From: the human T2T-CHM13v2.0 reference genome, Homo sapiens
DNA length: 64,000 bases
Assembly (NCBI RefSeq): GCF_009914755.1
Contig: NC_060935.1
Direction: 5' to 3' (one strand)
Below are positions 42,520 to 56,847 of the stretch, piece after piece (position 1 is the first letter of the stretch; each line of letters opens with the position of its first letter). The translations under genes were made by a program, and so were the position numbers. A model generated the notes under the pieces. It was not told the DNA's origin, searched no databases, and saw nothing but the letters and a program-made list of their open reading frames with translations.

Positions 42520-43838
42520 ATGTAAGCCATTTAATGCTCCTGTAAGCTTTACAGGTTTATCCACATTCAATACATTAATATATTAAGCTTTCATTTGGTA
42601 TTTAATGTTTATTCTCTACCGGACATCATGGTCCTAATTATATGGTATCTTATAATGTGAACAGCTACTATCTTTGAATGTATATTATATCCCAAATAAC
42701 AGGGCATAGTGTAAACAGCTTCTTTCAACAATGTGCTGCTATCCAATTCAGTTCACATTTATTACATGCACAAAGCTAATGAAATGCTAATGAAGTAAAC
42801 AGTTTAATGTATCTGACAATTGTGTTAACTTCTTTGTTCTCCTTATTTATGAATTTAAGAAAATGGCAATGTGAGGCAATCTGATTCCAACAAAAATGGC
42901 CTGAATATGTCAGGCAGGCAACTTTCTAAGAGTATCAACCGAGATATATTCTAGGATGTACACAGGCATAATTCCTTCAGATATGAAATGTGATACTGGT
43001 TAACTGTGATTACAACACTAATATCATTAACAGGCTAAGTCACTTTTCCTGTCCCATATATTGTCAATAGGTCATGGAAAAAGGATTCCCTGGTAAAGTA
43101 AGGTTAGGATATACTGGGTTAAACCAAACTAATCTGCTTTCCTCTCAGAATCTCTGGTATGCTAATGTACATTGTGAATCTCCAGTGCAGGACAGTTTGA
43201 AGCTTTTCCCCAACTTACTTGACTATGGAATTACTTTTTCACTCAGAATATCTAATGACATCTAAGGAAGCTAATGTTCAGTAGAACAGAGTTTGGGAAA
43301 TGATGATCTAATCCAAAGTTGCACCAGCTCCTTCGCTCTCATTGCAAATCTCTACCCTTGAATCGACATCCCTTCTCTGCACTTCCAGTATATCTTTCCC
43401 ATTTGATAAGCCCTGGCTTTGTTCTAAGATCTCAGTGTTCTGGAATCTCAAATGCCCTGTAATCTAGGCTTTTTTTTTCTTTTTTTTTTTTTAAAAGCAA
43501 GTGGCTTCACAGTTTATGACATCATACAAGGTATCAATCTCCTTATACTCCAAACAAATCATTTCATTCTTAATGAAATAGGAGATGCTTTCAGTCTTTC
43601 ACAGACCTTATCTAAGGACTCACAGGGAATGCAGCCTGAACCCTAGCTGGTAGACAAATAATAGCCTTAAGTTTAGACTTAGCTAAAAAATCAGACTACC
43701 TCAATCACCCCCAATGAAAGTAAAGGCCAAAAGGAAAGCACAATCAGACGCTGGGAAACTTAGCTTGGAAATGCATTTGGAATTATACTGCAGTGTGATG
43801 GTACCCAGTCCTAGTGTGAAGTGAGGAAAAGGAGACGA

Positions 43839-44114
43839 GTGAGTAAGGCACAGAGGCAACAGAGAAAAAGGCAGCTTTTTGAATCCTCTCTAGTTGAATC
43901 CTCCCAGTACCAGCTTCAGTAATTGGTTAGAACCAGTTTTATTCCTAACAAACATAGAACACCCTAAACTAAATGTGAGTAAGGCACGGAGGCAACAGAG
44001 AAAAAGGCAGCTTTTTGAATCCTCTCTAGTTGAATCCTCCCAGTACCAGCTTCAGTAATTGGTTAGAACCAGTTTTATTCCTAACAAACATAGAACACCC
44101 CAAACTAAATGTGA
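43839..44114. repeat. 136-bp tandem duplication (2 copies, 2 mismatches)
   Basis: gtgagtaaggcac...aaactaaat at 43839-43974 and 43975-44110, followed by gtga. Confidence 0.97.
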
Positions 44115-44249
44115 ATGATTAAAAAATCTATTTTGGATTATCTACTCTTCATTATGATTCAGGATAATTAAGAACAGTATATCTATTTCAGTTCGGGTAC
44201 ATAATACTTCTTTAAACTGCAGAGCGATCTGTTTTCTCAAGTTATTTTG

Positions 44250-44572
<323 letters not shown>

Positions 44573-44829
44573 CTAAATTCAAGAGCAAATCCCTTCAAAA
44601 CATGATAATGCATTTTTAGAGATAGCAATGTTGGAATATTAAATAAGTAAAAAACAACCAAGTGAATCAAGGCCTACCTTATTTTATATCATTGAATTTG
44701 TAAATTCTCTTAATAAAGCTGCATATATTCACAACTCAGTAATTTAAATTTATAATAGAAATTTATAACCCAACTAAAAGAAATCCATTGCCATATAACT
44801 AAAATTATGTAATCATTTATTTATAAAAT

Positions 44830-45111
44830 AACAAAAATTTATGAATAGATCTGTTTATTGTACTGTGAAAAGGGTCTTGGTACATGAAACATTATATACT
44901 TTGAGGACAGCATTCAGAACTGTTAAGACAAAAGACAAACTATAATTTTAAACTCAATCTTGATTTAAGGGAAAGGCTATAAATTATTGGCTGAAAAGTA
45001 TTCAGCATGAACTCAGATTCTATATAAGCATGAAAGAGTACAAAAGATGTTGGAGTCCAGTAAGCCCATACCTAAATTAACTGTAAAGCTTCAAGGACTT
45101 TTTGTTTATTT
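44830..45111 (-). other. COPB1: COPB1 proximal 3' UTR (3' end approximate)
   Basis: AT-rich non-repeat sequence after the stop codon, running to AATAAA at 44859-44854. Confidence 0.75.
44854..44859 (-). terminator. Candidate COPB1 polyadenylation signal AATAAA
   Basis: tttatt on the plus strand about 250 nt after the stop, followed on the minus strand by a U/GU-rich stretch (ttttgttatttt). Confidence 0.7.
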
Positions 45112-45171
45112 TTATATACTAGTTTTCTTCTGTGACAAGTTGATTTTATCTCCAAGACTTAAGGCCATTCC
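45112..45171 (-). CDS. COPB1: COPB1 terminal coding segment (GMALSLGDKINLSQKKTSI*)
   Basis: ttacag acceptor; TAA stop at 45114-45112; known beta-COP C-terminus. Confidence 0.97.
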   Translation of the reverse strand, partial: GMALSLGDKINLSQKKTSI

Positions 45172-45199
45172 CTGTAAAGAAAAATTAAGATATTTATAA

Positions 45200-45538
<339 letters not shown>

Positions 45539-45819
45539 GTCACTAGATTTACACCTTGGCTTTCAAAAAATTCTAGAGAACCCATTTCACAAACACCCCA
45601 TAGGAATCAATCTGGTTTTAGGCAAATATCCCAGAATGAGGGGCCCAAAAGGTGAGAAATTTTAATGAGAAAAGTTATACTTCTATTCAGAGTATATTAT
45701 TATTGTATGTGTATATGCATCTAATGCTAAAAAGATACTACATATAGAAATAATAAAGTCATAAATTCCTCCCCCCTTTGTCAGTCCAGAGATACTCTCA
45801 AAAAAAAAGGAACTGTTAC

Positions 45820-45975
45820 CTGGCTCTTTGCACGAATTCTTATATGGCCGGTAACAGCAGCATCTGGTCCCTGGTGAATTGGCTTCTCAATGCTGACATT
45901 TGCAAGTGCATCTTCACCAAATATGGAACGAGCATAAAGGTTGGCTGCCATAAAGCCACAGTAACCAGAAAGGGC
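45820..45975 (-). CDS. COPB1: COPB1 coding exon ([31 protein letters not shown]...[10 protein letters not shown]), 156 nt
   Basis: Manual translation; ttccag acceptor and gtaaca donor; 52 codons. Confidence 0.97.
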
Positions 45976-46050
45976 CTGGAAAAAATTTGTGATAAATTCA
46001 TTACTTTACCAGATACCTACATAGAGGCAAAAACCAAACAGCATAGGTGA

Positions 46051-46355
46051 CTTTTTTTTTTTTTTTTTTGAGACAGAGTCTCACTCTGTTGTCCAGCTTG
46101 GAGCTGGAGTGCAGTGGCGTGATCTCGGCTCACTGCAACCTTCCTCCCAGGTTCAGGCGATTCTCCTGCCTCAGCCTCCCAAGTAGCTGGGATTACAGGC
46201 ATTCGCCACCACACCTGGCTAATTTTTGTAATTTTAGTAGAGACAGGGTTTCACCATGTTGGCCAGGCTGGTCTTGAACTCCTGACCTCAAGTGATCCAC
46301 CCGCCTCGGCCTCCCAAAATGCTGGGACTGCAGGTGTGAGCCACCACGCCCAGCC
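46051..46355 (-). mobile_element. AluS (intronic)
   Basis: Alu consensus. Confidence 0.92.
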
Positions 46356-46904
46356 CCATTGGTTATTTATCACTTAAAACAGTACTTACATACAGGGTGG
46401 TGGTTACATAATCTTATGAGTTTGTCAAAACTCAACTATACATGTAAAAAGTGTGAATTTTACTGTGTATTATACCTCAATAAATCTGATGTTAAATAAA
46501 TAGTTCTTAATCCGATTTGTATTTATATATTCTGTTTACTTAACTTGCTTGACTGCCTCCCATATCAGACCTTAAGCGCCATGAAGGAAGAGACTACTTT
46601 TGTTGGACTCAGTATATGCTGAATAAACTAATATATAAATTAAAACCTACTTGTTTGGTAGCAGACATTATTTTATTTATAAAATGAATATTATAACATT
46701 ATAGAAATTTTACATAAAGAAAAAAGTTCCTTAGAGCTCCAGCTTCATTTTTCTTTCTTTCTCGTTTTTTTCATACATACACAAACATAGCAAAAAGTCA
46801 CAGTATAACAACGATTCTGTATTTGAGCACATATATTTTAACCAACAATCAGAGCCCACGGAAGAGCTCATGGACATTTTCTAATCCAGTATTACAAATA
46901 AACG

Positions 46905-47200
46905 ATTTTATTTATCTTTTTGAGACAGAGTTTCACTCTGTCACCCACGCTGGAATGCAGTGGTGTGATCTCGGCTCACTGCAACCTCCACCCCCTGGGG
47001 TTCAGGTGATTCTCCTGCCTCAACCTCCCAAGTAGCTGGGATTACAGGCACGTGCCACCACACCTGGGTAATTTTTGTATTTTTAGTAGAGATGGGGTTT
47101 CGCCATATTGGCCAGGCTGGTCTCAAACTCCTGACCTCAAGTGATCTGCCCGCCTCAGCCTCTCAAAGTGCTAGGATCACAGGAATGAACCACCATGTGC
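46905..47200 (-). mobile_element. AluS (intronic)
   Basis: Alu consensus. Confidence 0.9.
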
Positions 47201-47495
47201 AGCATAAACTACTTTAGAATGTGCCTCTAGCTGAATGGGGGAGAAGATTGAAAAGAAAATAAAAAAAAAATTAATCTGACTATTCAGTTGGGTCACTGCA
47301 CTAGGAAAAAGTAGGATGGTATAGTCCAATAGAAAGAGGTAAGCAGATTCCAACATTCTATGGGATAACATCTTTTAGATAGCCTAGAATGGTACTGCAT
47401 ATTGAATAACAAAAATGTGCTAGAGGAAATACAGGAAGGCCAGGAACCTACTCTACCATTCCATCAGATTTCTGAATTTCCTAGTCAAATTTTAC

Positions 47496-47585
47496 CTTTT
47501 CTGGAGTCAGGCATTTCATATTGGTTGACTTTAATATGTGCTGTAAGTAGTCATTTAAATCAACCATGTTGGTGTTAACTGTCAC
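47496..47585 (-). CDS. COPB1: COPB1 coding exon ([30 protein letters not shown]), 90 nt
   Basis: Manual translation; ctacag acceptor and gtaaaa donor; 30 codons. Confidence 0.96.
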
Positions 47586-47811
47586 CTGTAGAGAGGAAAA
47601 AAAAGTCAAGGAGATCATAAATCTTACTATGAGAAAGCTGTGAATCACCAGTATGTCATATTAAAAACTTGTTCCAACTGTTTAGGTTGGAAAGAGTAGA
47701 CACCAAGAAACTAAATAACATCTATAAAATCCAACAAGCTGTAGGTTGGTATCAGTACTTCCCAATAGAGATAACTTCACAGAGATTCAATATGAAGCAT
47801 ATAGAATATTT

Positions 47812-48091
47812 CTTTTTTTTTTTGAGACAGGGTCTCACTCTGTCACCCAGGCTAGAGTGCAGTGCGTCATTTCAGCTCACTGCAGCCTCAACCTCCCATG
47901 TTCAAGTGATCCTCCCACCTCAGTCTCCGGAGTAGCTGGGACTACCACACCGGGCTAATTTTTGTATTTTTTGTAGAGATGGAGTTTCACCATTTTGCTC
48001 AGGCTGGTCTAGAACTCCTGAGCACGAGCAATCTGCCTGCCTCAGCCTCCCAAAGTGCTGGGATTACAGGCACGAGCTACCGTGCCCAGCC
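47812..48091 (-). mobile_element. AluJ (intronic)
   Basis: Alu consensus; TSD catatagaatatttct. Confidence 0.92.
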
Positions 48092-48473
48092 TCATATAGA
48101 ATATTTCTAATAAAAGTCAAGGCTCAAAGGGACAAAGTTCCTCAACAGACCATGAACTTTGTAAAGCCTTTTTCGGGCACTAGATTAAATGGTAAGCTCT
48201 TGGTCATACATAGAAGGGATGGAATATTACCTATAATGTCTAAACCTATCAGATTGGCTATAGAACTGCTACTCTAATCAATTTATAACAGCAAATTACC
48301 AAACTACTTACATGATTTTTAGTTAAGGCTAATTTGCAAGAACAGATACTGAAAGACTATTTGCTTTTCATGTTAAACACTTTTTAGCGAGATTAATTTT
48401 ATTAGCAGACTCCTCAACAGCAGGCAAAAGGAAGAAAGATAAAGGAATATGAGAAAATCTCCCAAGGACTAAC

Positions 48474-48619
48474 TTTGTTTTCCCATTCAAATTCGGCCCA
48501 CATCTGACGGAATTCTGCATCAGTGCAAGTTGCAGGCTGGATATAGTCCATGATGTCGATGTGAATATCACTGAGAACCACACAATTTCTGTCACTTGCT
48601 GCTCCAGAGACATCATAAA
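48474..48619 (-). CDS. COPB1: COPB1 coding exon ([49 protein letters not shown]), 146 nt
   Basis: Inside ORF 48414..48698; [13 protein letters not shown] platform motif; ttgcag acceptor and gttagt donor. Confidence 0.98.
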
Positions 48620-49091
48620 CTGCAATTACATATACAAAAAGATTCGCAATCACTGGGGCAAACTTGAATTTAAAAAATCTTAATATCCAAATATCCAAAG
48701 AACTACACTATTAACAATAAGATTGTTTATATAATACTTATTATGTACAGAGCTCTATTCTACATGCTTTATAAATATTACTGGTTTAATACTCCCATCA
48801 ATTCTGATAGTATTATTATTTTCCATCTTACATATGAGGAAATGAAAGCAGAGAAGTTAAGTAAGTTGTTCCAGATCACACAACTGATAAGTGGTGGGGA
48901 TAGGATTCGAACTCAGGCACACTTTGTTTTTTGTGGTTAAACAAATAATTCAATTCAGTGAGTACTTACATAGCAGTTGCAGCATACTAGGCACTGCAGC
49001 AGATATACAAGTGGACGATGTTCCCATAGGAGGTACTTAACTAATACTTTTGAATAAATATTGCTGACCCATACTACTTAATGATACAAGA

Positions 49092-49435
49092 TTAGTCATC
49101 CCTCAGTATTAATGGGGAATTGCTTCCAGGACCCCCTATGGATACCAAAATCTACAGATGCTCAAGTCCCTGATATTAAATGGCATAGTATTTGCATTAC
49201 CTATACACATCTTCTCATATATTTTAAATCATCTCTAGCTTACTTACAGTACCTAATACAACATAAATGCTATGTAAATAGTTATACTGTATTGTTTAGG
49301 ATATAATGACAAGGAAAAAATGTCTATATATGTTCAGTATAGACACAACCATTTTTTTTTTTTTCTAAAATATTTTCAGTTTGTGGCTGGTTGAATCCAT
49401 GGATGTGGAACCCACGGATACAGAAGGCTGACTAT
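49092..49435. mobile_element. MER2 DNA transposon (near complete)
   Basis: agtcatccctcagtatt...ttccaggacccc...accaaaatctacagatgctcaagtccctgata...gttgaatccatggatgtggaacccacggatacagaaggctgact. Confidence 0.8.
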
Positions 49436-49482
49436 ATTTGCTTCTATGACCATTTCTTCCACAGTAGAGAGTTATAATCTGA

Positions 49483-49819
<337 letters not shown>

Positions 49820-49849
49820 TCTAGGCTCTTTTCTTGACATTCTTCCACT

Positions 49850-51770
49850 CTTTCAACTTTCAGGGAAAACTGAGGCTACCAAGAATAAGCTCCTTTAATT
49901 TTCAGCTCCACATCTAAAAACAACTCTCTCTCTTGGAATTCACTCTCACATCCTTCCCTCTCATACGTATCAGAGAAGTACTACCTCATTTCTTCAAGAT
50001 TAATACTTCCTGCCATCTGTGATTCCTGCTTTGGTCCAGGACCCCACTCCAATCACTATCTCTTTCATCCTTATGTCTTTACTTTCCCATTCTCTACCAA
50101 CTTTCTTCCCTTATGGTCTATAAATATACTCGAGGTTCTCTTATTTTCAAAAAATAAATCCTCACTCATTCTTGCCTTCTCTTCTTGGTACTGCCCCTTC
50201 TTATTCCTATCAAAGCCAAGATCCTACACTCAGAATAGTCTACACTACCTGTATTTCTTCATATCGTATTTAGTCTTCAACCCACCACTAACACCCAAGA
50301 TGTCCCACAAGAAATGTTTTAAAATCACTAATAGCCAAATCCAAAAGACCTCTCTTTCAGACTTTAATAACTAAAGTTATTTTATCTTGTGGAGCTTCAA
50401 ATACTTTCTGAAGGTTTTTCCTTACTTTTCTAACCACACTTCAGATACCCTTGTAGGCTCTTTCTCCTTTGACCAAGCTTTCAGTGTTGCTGTTTGCTTG
50501 GATTCTGTTTTCAAATCTCCCCTCTTTTTAGTCTGTATGCCCTCTCTGGGTGATTTCTTCTATTCCTATGGCTTTTAAACAAATACTTATCTCTAGTTTA
50601 TTTTTACTTATTTATTTATTTTTGAGACAGAGTCTCACTCTGTTGTCTAGGCTGGAGCGCAGTGGTGCGATCTCGGCTCACTGTAACCTCTGTCTCATGG
50701 GTTCAAGCTATTCTCCTGCCTCAGCCTCCCGAGTTAGCTGGGACTACAGGCGTGCGCCATTACGCCCAATTAATTTTGTATTTTTAGTAGAGACAGGATT
50801 TCGCTATGTTGGCCAGGCTGGTCTTGAGAACTCCTGATCTCAGGTAATCTGCCCGCCTCGGTCTCCCAAAGTGCTGGAATTACAGGTATGAGCCACCACA
50901 CCCGGCCTATCTCTAGTTTAGACCTCTTGTTTGTGTCCCAGACTCACATCAAACTGTCCTTGAATATCTTTAGGCACTTTAATACCGAACCTGCTCAAGA
51001 TTTAACCTATTATGTCTCTCTAAAGTTTGTTCTTCTCTCCTGTATTTCCTGTTATGATGATGACATAAACAACCCAATAAACCTAATCTGGAAATCTGAG
51101 TGTTACTCTAGCCACTTCCTCTTCAATCATTAACCATATCCTTAATATTATATTCATCCTTCTCTCCATTCCACTACTGTGTTGGCTCAAGTCCTCTGCC
51201 ATCTCTCACTTGGGCTTCTCTACTAGTTAATCTTCCTGCCTCTTCCAATCAACCTTCTATAGTACTGTCGCAAAAAGATATAATGCTATAAGTCATTCAT
51301 TTGTAATTCCTCAATGTTTCCTCTCTCCACAGATAAAGTCTAACATCCTTAGCATGACAAGTAAAATATGGCTTCCACAAACCTTCCTAACTTCATTTTT
51401 TTCCTGCCATCATCCTCCAACCCATTCTGAACTCCAAGTGTATCAAATCATTTGCATTTATTCTAACTGCATCCTTGTCTATCTGTAGTCTTCTACTGAG
51501 CACTTGCTCCTCCATGAAGCCTTTTCTAAGCTTTTCTCCCAATCCCCCACCACTCTGAGAACTGACCAAATCCCTTTATGGATTCCTACCTTACTTAGTA
51601 CAGGTTTACTTATTTTTTTCTTTCACAGTACTTACCATTACATACTGCACATATTTATTTTATATATCTGTTTTCCCTTACTCAACCATAATCTATCATT
51701 TGTTCCTCACCATGGTAGCCCTATCCTTATGACAGAAATTGCAACAAAATAAGCTTACTGACTGAATGAC
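49850..51770 (+). mobile_element. L2 LINE fragments in a COPB1 intron
   Basis: Pyrimidine-rich L2 motifs (ccctctctgggtgatttc, cttctctccattccactactg, ataaagtctaacatccttagcatg). Confidence 0.6.
50598..50907 (-). mobile_element. AluS (intronic)
   Basis: Alu consensus; TSD tatctctagttta. Confidence 0.92.
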
Positions 51771-52198
51771 TCTATACAAGCTAATCCCTAGGTCTGAGAT
51801 ACCCTTGTGCACCTAGCAACAAATGACTCAGGTAAAATATTATCCTTTGATAACACACCATCTTCCTTTATAAAGCCTTCCACACTGTTAGCATTTTTTT
51901 TTTCCCTAACCTCAAAGCATATGGTATATAAACCAACCTGTAACACACTGGACTACAATTATATATTGCCTTAGCTAGCTCCTCCTTTTGCCTGACAGTT
52001 TCTAGAGGACAGTGACTCTATCTGGTTCATTTCTGTACATCCAGAACATAGTTCAATGCGTGGTACCATAGAGAGTATCTCATAAATTATGAATAAATGG
52101 ATTTAGATCCTCTCCTCATACAATGTCCCCAGCTACTCACTATAGAAATTCTTCAGTAAAAGTATTCAAACATTACATGCCATAAAACAGCACCTTAC

Positions 52199-52318
52199 CT
52201 ATATTACCAAAAATTATTCCATTTTCTGTTGATGCTACTTTGACGTTAGCTTTAATATTTGCGAAGTCATGAGGAGCAAGAGTCAAAGGAGACGGCTTTT
52301 CCACAAGTTTCAGATCCC
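52199..52318 (-). CDS. COPB1: COPB1 coding exon ([40 protein letters not shown]), 120 nt
   Basis: Inside ORF 52173..52493; tttcag acceptor and gtaagg donor; phase 1 to 1. Confidence 0.97.
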
Positions 52319-52348
52319 CTGAAAGAAAGAGTTTGGATATGGTTAAAA

Positions 52349-52350
<2 letters not shown>

Positions 52351-52394
<44 letters not shown>
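52351..52394. repeat. (AC)22 microsatellite, read as (UG)22 in the COPB1 pre-mRNA
   Basis: Direct reading. Confidence 0.97.
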
Positions 52395-52397
<3 letters not shown>

Positions 52398-52621
52398 CCA
52401 TAAAACCTTAAATGTATGCAGCTTAATAGTTTCTAGGAAAATAAGGAATATGACGAATATGAGAAGAGTATGAATCAAATATAATGAGGACAAAATAAAG
52501 AAACCACTTAACCATCCTTATTATTCACCATCAATAGGCATATTTTCTTTTAAAAGGTAATAGGCATCTCAGAATAATTCCATATTTAATTTGTGGGAAG
52601 GGAGGATACTTTGAGCCTACC

Positions 52622-52815
52622 ATTTATTTATTTTGAGATAGGGTCTTGCTTTGTTACCTAGGCTGGAGTGCAACTGCATGATCATAGCTCACTACAGCCC
52701 TGATCTTCCAGGCTCAAGCGATCCTCCTACCTCAGCCTCCTGAGTCGCTGGGACTACAGGAGTGGCCCACCACACCTGGCTAATTTTCTTGATTTTTTGT
52801 AGAGATTGGGGTCAT
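52622..52815 (-). mobile_element. Truncated AluJ/FRAM (intronic)
   Basis: Right-arm consensus. Confidence 0.8.
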
Positions 52816-53565
52816 TTTATTTCAATGAATGAATGCAAACTTCTCAAAAAGCTTAAGTCTTAAACTATATACTTCATTATGAAGAAAGATAAAACAATCT
52901 GCATAAAGACTTGTAAATGCTTAAGAAACATGGTTTTTTATACAGCCATCAAGCTATGCTGAGGACAACAGGGCAAAAGTATGTTTTCCCCTTGATATCT
53001 TGAAGTTCCTTAACACTTGCATAAGCCATATGAAATCTGATGGGGGTACTGCACTGTTCCCATATACAATTTATATTTTCCAACTTCAAAACCAGATGTG
53101 GAAGTAAGCAGTCTGACCCATGTGTCTTTACTAAGAAAAAAAAATGCATCTCATATTGCTAAATGTAATATGATTTATTACTTTGGTCACATGTGGTATC
53201 TAACAGTTATGCATTCAGAAAATACTTAGTTCTGTAATGAGGCAATTAGAAATTAACTAAGTGAGCTACCTGGTCAATCTGCGACTTAAACAGCTCGTAT
53301 TATAACTAGAAATACTGACATTTGCTAGATTAAGCTTATTAAATGAATCCACCTGAATGTGCCAAGAGCATAAAAATTCAGTATGACAGAGGTTCAGAAA
53401 ACTGGAGTTTAAGGAAACTAAATGATAAATGAAAAACTAAGCCTTGATTCAAAATGTCAGAAAAGGTTCAAGAGAATTTTTATACTGAAACCTGTGCACC
53501 TCCCTTAATCTGTCATAAAGATCTACTATGTGACAATCTCTTTCCTGAATGGTAAGTTTCCTCAC

Positions 53566-53710
53566 CTAGTGTAGCTAGTTCTAATGTGCAATTCTGCAAA
53601 GTATCACTGGTTTGGTTCACAACAAGTACATCCAGGACAATATCATATTGGTTGACATGAACGTAAGCTTCTGCATATACAGGATCTGAGAAACCTGTCA
53701 ATTGGGTGAC
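53566..53710 (-). CDS. COPB1: COPB1 coding exon ([48 protein letters not shown]), 145 nt; start of appendage region
   Basis: ORF 53513..53701; conserved [13 protein letters not shown] motif; tgacag acceptor and gtgagg donor. Confidence 0.98.
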
Positions 53711-54289
53711 CTGTCAAAACAAAAACAAAGACATAATCAAATGACAGATGCAATTTCACCAAACATACCCTGGCCAAATGATTAAGTCTGGTAGGTTATT
53801 AACAGAGTTGCTTAGAAGTCATTTTGAGATAGGTAAAATAAAATTGTTTTATAATGCAGAAATGGAAATTGAAACCAGAATATTAAGAAATAACAGGTCC
53901 TAGAGTTTAAGACATCTATTTGTTTTTAAGCTCAATAACTCAGTATAAGGTATTATACATGTTGATTTTTGAGCTTATAAGTTCAGTAGTAGAAAAATGT
54001 TAAATATATTTAGCAAATACATTAAACATTATCCCAATTTTGCCAACTAAATAAATTTGGATACACTTTCATTTAAATCCCTCAGTAAGTATCTAAACTC
54101 ACTACTTGATCTATGAAACTCAGGATCCAAATAAAATCCAAATCATGTGGTAGCCCTTGCTCCACAAACTGAGGCACTAAACAGATTATATAGTAAGAAA
54201 TGATTGTAATGCCACAAAAATAAAATTACAAATGCCCTCCCACTCCAAATTTAAACACACTGAAAGCACTGTACTTTAAAAAGCTAATA

Positions 54290-55350
54290 TTGTCACCAAA
54301 AGCATAGGCAATAAAAGAAAAAATAGATTAAACATCAAAATTAAACACTTTTATGCATCAAATATTATCAACAGAATGAAAAGGCAACTCACAGAATGGA
54401 AGAAAATATTTGCAAATCATGTATCTGATAAGGGGGTTAGTATCCAGAATATTAATAACTCCTAAAATTCAAACAAAAAAAACCAACAACCCAATTTAAA
54501 AATAGGCACAGGACTTGAACAAACATTTCTCCAAAGAAAATATACAAATGGCCAATAAGCACGTGAAAAGACACTCATCATCACTAATCATTAGGAAAAT
54601 GCAAATCAAAACCACAATGAGATACCACTTCACATACCCATTAAGATGGCTATCATCAAAAAAAAACAAAACAAGTGTTGGCAAGGATATGGAGAAATTG
54701 GAACTCTTGTGCACTGCTGGTAAGAATGTAAAATAGTGTAGCTACCATGAAAAACACAATGGAGGTTCCTCAAAAAATTAAAAGTACAATTATCATATGA
54801 TCCAGCAATTCTGCTTCTAGATATATACCCAAAAGAACTAAAAGCAGGGACTTGAACAGATATTTGTACATCTGTGTTAACAGCAGCATTCTTCACAGTA
54901 ACCAAAAGGCAGAAGCAATGCACATATCCAGGGATGGATATATGGATAAACAAAATGTGGCATATACTTACAATGTAATATTATTCAGCCTTAATAAGGC
55001 AGGAAATTCTGATACATGCTATGACATGAATGAATCTTGAAGACATTATACTGAGTGAAATATGCCAGTCACAAAAGGAAAAATACTGTATTGTTCCACT
55101 TCTGTGAGGTACTTAAAATAGTCAAAATCACAGAGACACAAAGTAGAATGGTGGCTAGGGGTAAGTAGAGGTTGAGGGGAAGTAGGAATGACGAGTTATT
55201 GTTTAATGGACATAGTTTCAGCTTTGCAAGATGAAAACAGTCCTGGAGATGGCTGCATAACAATATGAATTTAATTAATGCCACAGAACTGTACACTTAC
55301 AAATGGGTTAAAATGGCAAATCTTTTGCAACTTTAACTATAATTCAAAAA
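54290..55350 (+). mobile_element. L1MB-like 3' fragment, antisense in a COPB1 intron
   Basis: ORF 54515..54736 [37 protein letters not shown] (ORF2 C-terminus) plus 3' UTR. Confidence 0.85.
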
Positions 55351-55964
55351 AACTAAAAAAATTTTATAAATGTAATATTATTGATATCAATTCCCAATTT
55401 TAAGGGAGGGAAATTGTTTTAGTAATTCCAATTCTGCTACTGACCTTATCTTAAACAAAAGTAATGTAAGACTGTTCATTCAGTCTAATAGATGAGGGAT
55501 CACTGATTCTTAAATTTATATATTTAAGAGAGTAGAATCATTTTCCTAATAAAATTCTATATGGAACTCGATATATTAAGAATATAAAAGTAGAACTGCT
55601 CTGTTTAAAGTAGCAGAGAATAAGAGAAGGTGAGGTCAAGGTGTGGGAAGAGGCCAGGGCTGTTGCCTGTTCAGCTTCCCTTTAAAAACCTCAGCTAACC
55701 TTTAAGGATCCCCTTCCCTCAACTTCTATTTATTGGTCTATGATTCCAGACACAACTGGATCGAGTTAAACCATCTGATGGACTTACAGTACTATCACAT
55801 ATAGTAGTAAGGTACTTCATCAGCTTCTGAGTTTCAACTGAGGTTTAATGGACCTATCACAGTGACTTGACAAAATAGTTATCTTTCTTTTAAAAATAGC
55901 AGCACTAACAACTTCCTTAAGGAGTCGATTTAAATAATTTAGAGTCTATCAGACATTTTGTTAC

Positions 55965-56144
55965 CTTGTTAAGTTTAGATGCTAGGGGATCTGCTGCCTC
56001 TTTCCTCTGTGTGTTACCCATTGCTGCCAGTAAACTCAGCTGAAACTGATCTTCCTTGCAGTTCATTTCATTCTTAGCAGTTAGTTGCATGAAGGAAATG
56101 GGGTCATCAGGCTGTACTGTCACATTCCTCTTTTCAGATTCTTT
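55965..56144 (-). CDS. COPB1: COPB1 coding exon ([21 protein letters not shown]...DPLASKLNK), 180 nt
   Basis: Inside ORF 55917..56354; acacag acceptor and gtaaca donor; 60 codons. Confidence 0.97.
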
Positions 56145-56272
56145 CTGTGTTGAGAATATAACAAAGTCTCTCTTTAATATGAAAAGATAGTTTTTTAGAG
56201 GCTTTTGACAGAGACAGCCCTCACATATGAAAACTGAAAAATCAACAAAACAACAAGAAAACCCACAAAGCA

Positions 56273-56847
<575 letters not shown>

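Noticed and set aside
45105-45110. AATAAA directly after the COPB1 stop codon
   Set aside because: It would give an almost absent 3' UTR; not called as the main signal without 3'-end data.
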